The notes beneath the pieces were generated by a model, which saw only the letters and a list, made by a program, of their open reading frames with translations, had not been told where the DNA came from and searched no databases. This document shows, one piece after another, positions 35,589 to 47,500 of a stretch of DNA of 64,000 nucleotides. The DNA lies in NCBI GenBank assembly GCA_050084985.1, contig JBITNC010000002.1:3968001-4032000 (forward strand). Reading direction: 5' to 3'. The translations under genes were made by a program, and so were the position numbers. The stretch comes from Nageia nagi (lineage: Eukaryota > Plantae > Pinophyta). Position 1 is the stretch's first letter. The number at the start of each line of letters is the position of its first letter.

Positions 35589-38500
35589 CTGTAGAAAACA
35601 CAATTAGTCCTCTTTTTAGTTTATAAAGTAAGCAATGTATATATGATCTTATGTGAGAATCCAGTGGATGGAATATCACGAAAACATTGTTGTAATTGAG
35701 TTGGACTTGAGCTGCTTACTTACAGCTCTCAGCTGGCGAACAGATTCATAAAGCATGTGCTTAGGCACACATATTACAATAGCATAATAACCAGTCTGTA
35801 CTTCTCCATCCTTTTCCATATACACGGGAGACACTGTAGGCCCCTATAGGAGCCCAACCGCAGACATCCAAATGAACAAATATTTTCACAATGGAGAATA
35901 GTTTATGGGCCATTTTTTGCCAATTGAATCAAGTGATATAGACTTTTCAAAGAATGAAATTTGCAATTACAAAATTCACAAAAAATCATTGGCTAAATCT
36001 TTATTCGAAATGCATATGCAAATGATAATAATTTTCTGAAATTTAGATTGATATTTAATAATTTCAATCTCCTTTAAACTAAGATATGATGTTATTTTTG
36101 TATTTAATAAGACAAGCCTATATTTGCTTTCCATTCATTTAGGTTTTCCGTGGAAAATAGCATTATGGAAGCATTAAGATTCTATTGAGTATTTTCCAAA
36201 GTATTTCAAAGTATCTTACCTGAAATCCAAGGAAGTCTATATGGCTGAAAATTCGTTCTGCCACCTCCTGACTTGAGTTGCCCCTCATATTTGCTGTCAC
36301 CTGTGTAAATTTAATGAACAGATCTCATACGAAGAATTTTTCATAGCTGAATGATACCGGTTTAATTGGTTACACAAACTATGTTTTTTAGGACAACTTG
36401 GTAACAGCTTGGAAACCCTTACACAATCATGTACAAACTATTACTTCTTCCTCACTCTTTCCAAAATCACAGTACCAAATGGTGATTACAGAGTATCAAT
36501 ACCATAAATTTTCCAACTGCCCTCAAATGTGCTTCAAGCCTTTCCAGAATTTCATGTGCAATATCTAACACATCTCTTTGCTGAATTAAAGCTTTCTTGT
36601 TTGCAACAAAGACACCCTGAAATCATGTATGAACCAGAATAAGCCAAAATTAGCATTAATGTGAAGAAATCCCCTTTAAGCTTAACGTTGACTATCTTGA
36701 GCATAGTGACGACATTTCCATATTCCAGAATTCTACAGGTGCAAAAGAACAGGTCTACCACTTCTAAATGATAAGCAGAAATGAAAGTCATCAAAAATTT
36801 AACTCTAGGTTAGTCCAGAGATTTAGTATAGTTTGTTAAAGTAGATAACAATCATTTGATAGAAAGTAAAATCAGAATAACCTGGCTTTCCAAGACCCGC
36901 CCACCTTCTATCTCCTTCAGATTATTCTCATGCAAGGTTGTCCCACAACTCACGAGTTCCATTATAGCATCAACCATGCCCATCTGTGACTCTCAAAATG
37001 TGAAAAGAGATACATTCTAAACAAAATGGTAGCATGTTGAGCATTTAGCAGCTAACATTTTATAACCAGATGCACAGATTCCATTTCCATATTATGTTTT
37101 AAATGTCTCAATTACTTCAAAAGTTCAATTTATTTTTTAATCCTTCATTTTATGCAGTGATTTCTCATTCTTTAATTGTCCCAGTAGGCCCTACCTTGAT
37201 CTACACCTTTAACAAAGCTCAGTCTTGAATGCTTCCACAACAGCTAAGAGGCAAGGGGCTGTGTAATCTCAAAGAGCTCATACGATTTTTATAGGGCTAT
37301 AATGGGCAAAACTTTAAAGTCATTAACATAAAGGAGTTTCTTGAATGAAAAGAATATACTAAATGGAAATATACATAAAGCAACCAATAGTCACTTTTAG
37401 GACATTACATGGACAAGGCCCAGAAAATTACAAATTTCAACAATGGTATAACTATAAACCTATAAAGTTATAAACTACTCCTCAAATCAAGGAAGCCAAC
37501 ACATGTACTTCAAGCTGAACAAGAGCGAATGAGAGAGAAGTTTGACAAACCTTTGAAAGTAATCACTTTGTCAACAGTGAGGAGGTAGGTATCCCAAACA
37601 ATCTTCGCAAATGCTTAGGTTTTTCTGAAATTGCTTAAAACTCAGTTGCCTGAATGAGCATTGGGTTTATAGGTTGTACAGATTTGGACAAAAGGAATAT
37701 CTAGTGACGTTTAAACTTATATCAAGTTGTTTTGTACGTTGGTGATTGGTATATTTGCAATTTACTCAATGCAATAGAAGATTTTTGTAAACATATTCTA
37801 CCAATAGCTTGAGATATTTGCTATGACTTTTGTGTTTTTCTTAATTTGTCATCATAAAAATATTCTGTAACAAATTTGCATAAAATTTGAATTCCTTTTG
37901 CTTCTATTTCTCCTACCTAATTCTTATCACATGTTTTTCAAGAAAATTCAGTAATAGCAAACTCCCATAAGTACAAGATGTGATAAGGGATCATTATACC
38001 ATTGTAAAAGTACCTAATTTACAATTGATAATCCTTTATGTTTGTACAATGAGCCTGCATAAATCATGGTTGGACACATTCATTATGTTAGTAGTTGTCG
38101 ATTACTCTCCTGTCTAGACATATTTCCTCTCTTTGAAAGTCCTGTGTTCATATTTATATTGGTTCGTTGCTCAGTTGTCTGAGTGTCAAATATGGTTGAT
38201 ACATTTTCAGTTTTATTTGACCAACTAGAAGTACAAGTGAAATCTCAAACACTTGTTCAAGAACAATGCAAATATAGCTTTCATACCGCAGGAGCTGCTT
38301 CCAGTATTCCATCTGCTGTCGAGAATGTCACATTTCTCAGTCCTTTTTTCTTTGCAAATTCCTTACCAAGCTGCAACGAAGTACTAGCAACATAATTAGA
38401 AATAGGGCTTTTAAGCATGTCTAATGACTGAATGGCAACTTTTTGAACTAAGTGGCTAAAAGAACTACATAATTGAACCACCAAACAGAATCGTGCTTGT

Positions 38501-41500
38501 AATTGCAAGCAGATGGAAAAATCTAGCATTTATTTCCATTAAGCAAAGAAATTTCTGCTTCTAAAGGCATTGGAAACCATACATAAGGATATCCTGTAGC
38601 AATTCGGAGAGGCTTTTCTGTAGTCCATTGTGGCATTTCTGCCAACTGATCTATTGTGGAAATGTGTTCATAAACCCCGTTGGTTGGAATCTGATAAAAT
38701 GAATGTCAAGAATATGTTAGAGTGCCCTTAAGAATAAGGCTATGACTGAAAACACATATACCAATGTTAAAGATAAAAAGCAAAGAACCACATACAGCAA
38801 GTGACAAATGACATTCCCCAAACTCAAGAGCATCATGCACTAAAATCAAGTCTTGATGTCCCTGTGCATAACAACCATTGATAAAAGTAAGCATGCAAAC
38901 TTTCAAAAGTAGACTTTAAAATTCTTTAGCATCATTGATCAATCATCAGACTCTAGAGAAATTTAAAATAAAATTGATCAATCATCAGACTCTAGAGAAA
39001 TTTAAAATAAAATTGATCAGTTATCAGACTCTACATACCATCTCTTTAGTTTGTATTTATCTCTACATTCCATTAAAACAGCATTTGAGTTGAAAATACA
39101 AACAAGTTTCAAAGATATCCTCTCGGTTGTTGGTTAAGTTAGTCATGTGTTACCCTGCTACGTCTTGTGTCCCATGTTCGATTCCCACTACGAGACATAC
39201 ATGCTATGTATTGGCCCACTACAATCATCCCATAGACCGTTGTTGGTCTCCCATAGACGTTAATATACTATCTTTCTTTCTTTCTAAACATATTTTCTCT
39301 GACTTCAGGATACAACAGCGAACATAAAGGACTAATAATTTAGAGAATAAATAAACATTGATGTGACAATGTTGGATTCACTACCCTATATGTAACCACT
39401 GAGAAAATGCTCACTGATCTATTTCATAAAATAAGAGATTACATATTTATAGTTCTTTGATGTAACTTGAGTACAAAGCAACTGTTATGAGAATAGACTT
39501 CTCATGAATTCTACAACTAATCAAATCAACTAAAAATCACTATCAAATCCTTGTGAATAACACAACAAACCACTACATTTCTAAATGTTCCAGATGATTA
39601 CAACAACAAACCACATGAAGAATGATGACCAAACCAAAAAGGAAAACGACAAAACACACAAAACTATCAGCCTCTGGATTCAGATCAGTATGCATCAGAC
39701 CAATTGGTCAGATAGAGTGGATTGGCATTTCGATTGAGCAGTCCACAGGCTGGTTAGACAAAAATACTCAATTCAGAAATTAGCCAAAAACAATATTCAA
39801 TTCAGCCCTTAAGCATGCCATGTTTGAACTAGGGCATCAAATATATGCAAAGACAAGCCAGGAATGCCAACGTTCACTCTGATAAGCAAGAATATCACTT
39901 AAATGCCCAACATCATGCACCAATGCTTAAATACAATACCAAATATGTCAACATTGCAACACACAAGATAGCTCAACGTGGGAGATATAAAAGCATGAAC
40001 ATCACATAATGAGACTATGATAGAGATCCAAGGTGCCCACAGCTGTATTAATGATGAGAAATAGTGAATGATACAATAACAGGCCCAAAGGGCTCAATGT
40101 TCGCCTCCAAGGAGCCAACTAGGGCACATGCAGTGCTGAGATAGATACAAAATGCTTGGTAGAACAACCACATCCTACCAGCATTGTGGGTGGCTCACCG
40201 AAGGGCTCCCTCATAGACTAGCTCCCGACAAAGAGATTGGGTGTGGTTCCAAAATGCCATCGGATGGATTCAAAGATGTAGACCACTTGTGGATGCCTCA
40301 AGGTAGGGGAACCTCACTCGCATGAACAACACCCCAACCGTGTAAGAAAAAAAGTGTCCTAAGCCTCCTACGCTCTCCTTGTACCCCACGCCCAAGGGTG
40401 CTTGACACTGCCAAGTCTTTAGTAGCTCCGAAGAGAAGGGTTTCAAATATAATAATCAAGTCTATCTTAGATATGAGGCTCCTTAGCCTTATATAGCTCT
40501 TACTGGATCTAGATCTCACCTAGGAGTCATCCCCAACCTCTTCAATCTCAATGTTGGCCTTTTGGAGGCCCAAGATCTCCAATGTGGGGTCCTAAGATGC
40601 TAGGCATGACAACGTGAGGTCCTAGGGTGCCACACATGCCATGTGGGAATCCAAGGTGCAACATGGGTCTAGGAGTCATGCGTGGGTGCACAAGGGTGAT
40701 CATGGGCCAACGTGGGGGTCTAGGAGTCTCCCCAAGGTTGGTGCATGTGTACAAGTGCTCCCAAATCCAACATTGGGGCAAATTGGTGCTTATCCATGTG
40801 CTAAGTGCTATACAAGCCTTAGGATTCCCACAATCATCTTTGGGATCTCCATGTAAATTAAATAAAAGAACATATCCTAGCTTGGGAGGAAAACATCCCT
40901 CATGGGGCTCACAAGTGGGTCCAATGGACCTTTATAATTCTATCCCAAGGAATTAGCAACAATTATTTGAGAAAGTAACTATTTACAAAAAGGGAATCCT
41001 CGGGATTCCAAAATTAACTAATTTTTATAAAAAGGGAATGTTACAATCCGATTGGTGATCAGACCTATGTCGGCCGACTACAGAACAAAGAGTCGAAATA
41101 TTGAAGTTCTCTTGTGAAGATCAGGTTCAAACTCCAACATTCTCCCCCTTAATGCTAAGGGGACTAACCAAGAAGTTCCTCCGCTTAAAAAACTAAGCTT
41201 TCACAACCCCTTTTATGAAGATATCCGCAATATTATCAAGAATGTTACAATGCCTAAGCTCAATGGTGTTTTTCTCCACCATGTCACAGATCAAGTGATA
41301 CTTATATCAAAGTGTTTGGACTTGCTATGGTGGACTTGGTTATTTGCCAATTGAATGGCACATATATTATCACAAAACAAGATAGTTGGACCACATTATT
41401 TCTCACCAATTTCATCAAGTACCTTTCTCAACCACAATGCTTGAGCACTAGCACTTGTGATTGCAATATATTTAGCTTCAGTAGAAGAGAGAGCAACAAT

Positions 41501-44500
41501 ACTTTGCTTTCTTAAACTCCATGTATCGTTCCAAACCCAAGACTAAACCAATTTCTGGATATAGACTTTCTATCATCTAAATTGCTTCCCCAATTAGAAT
41601 CACTAAAGCCAACAAGTTTCACATCATCATTCTTATAGTAATGAATGCCAAAATCATATGTACCTTTCACATACCTCAATATTCTTTTGGTTGCTTTCAA
41701 GTGAATTTTAGAAGGGTCACTCATATACCTTAATACAAGTGAAACAACATGTGCAATGTTGTGATGATCCAAATTAAAATCCAAACATAAACTATCAATC
41801 CTGGACCATCAAACCCTAACACCAAGTCTAAGGCATCAACACACAAACCCTCACTATACCAACGTGGGATGTTCACAAGCATGCAATCACCCTACAATGC
41901 CAACGTTGGATCCCACACTTCATACAAATGCTCTACAAATCCTACAATGAGCTACACATGATATGAACAATGCAATTGTGAAATAGAAAATGGCAATATA
42001 CACTACACATTCTCAAGATCTCATACATTCATGAATTGGACACAATAACAATATATGGAGATTTGAATACCCTTTATTGCACCATGAGGGTTTTACAATG
42101 AATTACAATGCAATGTAGCTAGAAGGCTGATGTTGGCCTCAATGGAGCCAATCTAGGGCACAATACACAAATAACCACAACCCTTCGGAATCGTCGAACC
42201 GAGGGATAGACCCACCTCCTCACAACTCGAGTCCCTCTCTGCGAAGGAGTCTTCCTCAAGTCTGGATGACCACTAAAGATAGAGATGAAGTCCTTGGAAT
42301 GCCACCGGATGGATTAGGTGCTCCACCTAATCGTAGACACGTTAGATCCCACTGTCAAAACATCCTCTAGACTCCACACGTAGGAAGTTTGCTCAGCGCC
42401 ACCAAGCTAGGTTGTCCGGTGCACAATAGAAGTGTAGAACTATAATAATCAAAAGGTGTCCAAATGAGAAGCTCCCGTATGTATTTATAATCTCCCATGG
42501 TCGGAACCCATCTCGAAATCATGCTTATCTCTTCTAATCCAACGTTGGGCATTTGGGGGCCCCAACGACTTAACTATCTATTATGTTTACCCAATGATGC
42601 CAACGTGGGGGTCCCACGCACCTTTAGTGCCAACATGGGGGTCTCGGGCACTTTAAGTGCCAACGTGGGGTCCCAGACTCCCTCAATGCTGACGTGGGGT
42701 ATCTAGAAGCCCTAAAGTGCCACATGGGGTGTGGGACCACTCTCCATCATAATGCAAGCATGTTGGTAATCGTCCAATACTTCGGGACATGAATACACCT
42801 TGGGATTCCCACAATCCGGGATCTCCAATTACATAACAGACCTACTCTACTATTCAAGAGGGAGACGTCCCACTTGGGGCTCATAGTGCGGTCCACAAGA
42901 CCCATTAAACTCTTACTTTGAGGTATAACACATTGAATGCAAATACATGAAAGGAATATAATACAAGATTACCCAATGGGTACCATCAGAAGTACAAGGG
43001 GGACATCACAAATGTCCAATCTAGAGTTTTTGAGAAACATCAAGATTCCAACAATGCTTCTATATGTGGTCACATCAACTTTATCAACCCCATCATCCTT
43101 ACACAACAACTCACAATAAGCTATTGGTGTTGGGACTAGTTTTCTATTCTCCATGCGAAATTCTTTTAACATATCATTGGCATATTTAGTTTGAAAAATG
43201 AAAATCTCACCTTCTCTTTGATACACCTCCATACCAAGCAAATAATGCATCAAACCAAGATCTTTCATTTCAAACTCTTGCATCATAGCATTCTTGAAAT
43301 CATCATTCATCTTTGAACAACTACAAATGTAAATTAAATCATCAACATATAAAAAACAAGATATCATTACCTTGTTTCATGAGGTATAGGGTAGGTTCAC
43401 TCTTGCTTCTTATAAAGCCATATTGATGAAAGTACCCATCAATCCTTGAATACCAAGCTCTTGGAGCTTGCTTGAGGCCATACAAGGCCTTCTTCAACTT
43501 GTACACAAGATTCTCTTTTCCTTTTATTATAAAACCTTGAGGTTGTTGCACATAAACCTCTTCATCCAAATAGCCATTCAAGAATGCACCTTTTACATCC
43601 ATGTGATGTACTTTCCAACCTTTATGGGCAGCCAAAGAGAGTACCAACCTTATTGGTTCTTGTCTTGCAACCGGAGCAAAGGTTTCTTCATAATCAATGC
43701 CATACCTTTGTGTGAATCCTTTTGCCACAAGCCTTGCCTTGTGTCTTTCTATGGTTCCATCACTATTATACTTGGACTTGTAGACCCATTTGGAACCCAC
43801 ACACTTTTTGCCTTTTGAAAGTTCCACAAGCTCCCATGTATCATTCTTCTTGATGGAATTGATTTCCTCTTCCATTGCTTTCATCCACAAATCGTTAGTA
43901 CATGCTTGTTCATAACTAGATGGTTCTATCTCAATACTAGTCATCAAAGCATACTTAACAACATCACCTCTAGGCTCACTATCATCATTATCACCATACA
44001 TTCTTAAATTTTCAAGTCTTGTTACAACTTGATCAATTTCTTATGCTTGGCTTCTTGTAAGTATTCTTTGAAAAATTGCATCCAACATTTGAGAAGATGG
44101 ATGGCTTGAAAGAATTCTTTTACCTTTCTTTTTCTTCACATTACTTGGAGAATCATCCTCACTCATTGAAGGGCTTGAAGGGTTTGAAGAAGAGCTTGTA
44201 GAAGACCTCTTTTGTGGACTTGGAATGGAAGGAATTCGTTTTCTCGTCTAAACATTGGGCTGCACATTTGAGGAGCTTGCATCATTGGATTCATCACCAA
44301 TATAGAATTTTTGATGACCATATTCTCCCCCTTCATCAAAATTACATCTCTAGAAACCAAAACTTTGTGAGTTTTTGGATTATAAAGCCTATAGGCTTTG
44401 GTATTCTCATAATACCCCATAAAAATACATGCCTCACTTTTTGGATCAAGTTTTCTTCTTTGTTCATCAGGTACATGTGCATAAGGTAAGCTGTCAAAAA

Positions 44501-47500
44501 CTCTAAAATGATTTACATTTGGTTTCTTTTCATAACATGCTTCATATAGAGTGATGCCATCCAATGTGCTTGTAGGACTTCTATTCAAGATGTAGATTGT
44601 TGTCCTATCTACATCAGCCCAATACATATTGCTCTATTTCTTTGTTTGTAGCATGCTCCTTGCCATCTCAACAATGGTTCTACTCTTCCTTTCGGCCACA
44701 CGATTTTGTTGTGGAGTATAGGCAATCGTGAGTTGCCTTTTAATTCCACGATGTTTACAAAATTAGTGAAATTCATTTGAATAAAATTCTCCATCTCTAT
44801 CAGTCCTTAAACATTTTACATAGAATCCACTTTGATTTTCTACATAATTTTTTAAATCTTTAAAACAATCAAATGCTTCATCTTTGGTTTTCAAGTAGTA
44901 AATACAACACATTCTTGAAAAATCATCAATAAAAGTAAGGAAGTATATGCACCAATTGTATTGCATAAGAAGCTCTCCATGCTTTCCCTTTAGGAAATCT
45001 CATCCTTGAGTGTTTTCCCAAAGCACATTCTTCACACACATCTTTGTGATCCTAAACCTTAGGTAGCCCATATACCATTTCTTGAGATGTCAACAATCTC
45101 AAACTATTGAAATTCAAATGACCATATCTTAAATGCCATAGCCAACTTTTGTTTTCAATGGTAACATTTGCAAGTTGGGCTCCTTGCCCACCAAATTTTA
45201 AAGTAAACAGTCTATTTTTACTCATAGGGTGTGATGTCCCATTTGGACCATTGACAAAATGTGTCATGTTCACTTTGTAATCTAGTGTTTGTTTATGGTC
45301 TTGTCGTACATGTGTAACTCAAGAAGGTGAGAGAGTTGAACTATAAACCAAACAACTCTATACTCCCAAGATCACATGAAAGCTCATACTAACATCAAGA
45401 TAACTCAAGAAGACAATCTCACAAAGTGACAAAAGATGTAAGTGGTTCCTCCAACTAGGAGTACATCCACTAACTAGATCTCACTTCATTCACAAACATG
45501 AATCTCTTACAATTCTCCTAACTCATCTCCTAAACACTATCCTATAGCATGGCTTTAGTCCACAAATTGGTGTGTGATCACAAAGAGGGAGCCTTCTATT
45601 ATACATTCCAAAAGAAGGAGCTTATGGTCTATGGACCCCATTGTGAGCCTAGTAATGGGATGTCTCCCTTTGAATAGTGTTGTATTAGTTTGTAATGGGT
45701 TATGCCAAATTGTGGTAATCCCTAGATAGGCATGAGTCTTGTACAGTCCAGAGTGAGCAGAAGGATACACTAGCGTTGTGAGGGCCCCACTTACCCCACG
45801 TTAGCTTATGAGGTCACCTGGACCCCCACGTCAGCTTGAGGAAACCCATTAGACCCCACGTCAGCTTGAGGAGGCCCATTAGACCCCACGTCATCTTGAG
45901 GAGGCCCATTAGACCCCACATCAGCCTTGAGGGCCTTTATGACCCCCACGTTGGCACACTAGGCCCATGGGACCCCCACATTAGCATACTGGGCCAATAT
46001 GAACCCCACGTTGGCATGGTTGACCTGTTGACCCCAACGTTGGAATAGACTTGGCTTGGTATGATAACGAGGCATGATGGATAGACATATGAGGCTATAT
46101 ATTGAGGATGGAGCTCCATGAGGAGGTTAGCTATTGATTATACTTCTTCTATACAGAACCTGATCAGCCATACAAGTCTTAGCAGTGCCAAGCATTATTC
46201 CTAGATGGCGTCTAGAGGGGTGACAGGTTTGGAAGCTTGGCACTCTACGACTTAGGTGGGTCACCTGGTCCATCCGATGGTATTCTGAGGGTGAGCTTCT
46301 ACCTTCAATGGTCGCCAAGGTTCGAGGAGGCTCCTTCGCAGGAGAAGATTCGGAGTCTAAGGAGGTGAGTCTTTCCTGTGGTGTTCGGCTTGCAAAGGGT
46401 TTGGAACCCTAGATATGGATATTGAGATCCTCATTGTAATCCATACCATCCCATAATAAAATACAGCTTGTGTCTATCTCCATTGTGTTGTGCATTGTTT
46501 ATGTATGTGTGTGTGTCTCTTGTATACTGGTGTTGGAAGCTTGTTCTGGCTCCATATTGTTGTGTGTCTCCATCATTGGTAATTCTGTGTTGTGCATTAT
46601 TGCTGGAAGGTATTCGTGGGGTTTGCAGAGTGTTGGGGAAGCCCTAAGGGTTGACGTCAGCATTGGGTGGATCTCATTTGTTGTGTGTTATCTGGGAGCC
46701 CTAGGAGGCCCACGTTGGTGCATTGAGGTATTTGTATGTCCTAGAGGGCATTCGTTGGGTGTTTGAGGGCTGTAGAAAACCTATCTTGGTTTGTTTTTGC
46801 TGAGGGTAATTTTGGAACATCACAAGTGGTAGTAGAGCCTAGATCTTGCCAGCCTGTTGTATGAAACCCAAAATCCACCATTATTACACCAAATCCAGTA
46901 AGAGAGAGATGTCGTCTGCTAGTAGAGGCGAGAGATCTAAAGATAGCCATCAGGAGGAAGAGGCTAGCCACTGGATTGAAGAAAAGGCCGAAATCCCAAG
47001 GCCATGGTTTGAGGAAGCAATGCAAGAAGAACCTCTAGTTGAGAGAAGGGATAGGGATGGCACACCTACACAAGAGTTTAGGGCTTTGATCTCAGCCTTG
47101 CATAGTATGACTGGAACCATGCCATCATTGGAGCAAAGAATGGACTGATATTGGGGCAAGGTAGAGGAAGGAGATCGGCAGAGAAGAGAAGGAAGGGAAG
47201 AGCCGAGAGCAAGGCGCCATGCCTAGAATGATCAGGAACCTTCTCAACATGATTCAGACGGAAGAAGGCATGGACGAAGGATCAAGGATCAGGGAGTTGG
47301 TCCACAAGTGGAGGATAGTGAGGATCGGGATTCATGCCACACTCAACGAGGCTACAGAGCCCAAAGAGGTGATAGGGGAGGCCATGAAGGCCCATGTCAG
47401 CTTGGTGAAGGTCTAGAGGAGTTACAATGGGAGAATGAGGGTTTTAGGACCCCACATCACACCAAGGAAGCAACTCCACCCCCACATCAAGATGAGAATG

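Noticed and set aside
43468-44489. Antisense ORFs over Copia pol (also 52001-52357, 30148-30444)
   Set aside because: Shadow frames of TE coding sequence with no independent evidence.
45790-46045. CRISPR-like appearance of the 30-bp periodic repeats (also 49198-49570)
   Set aside because: Units are degenerate tandem copies inside retrotransposon LTR/internal sequence, with related rather than unique spacers. No cas genes; eukaryotic context.
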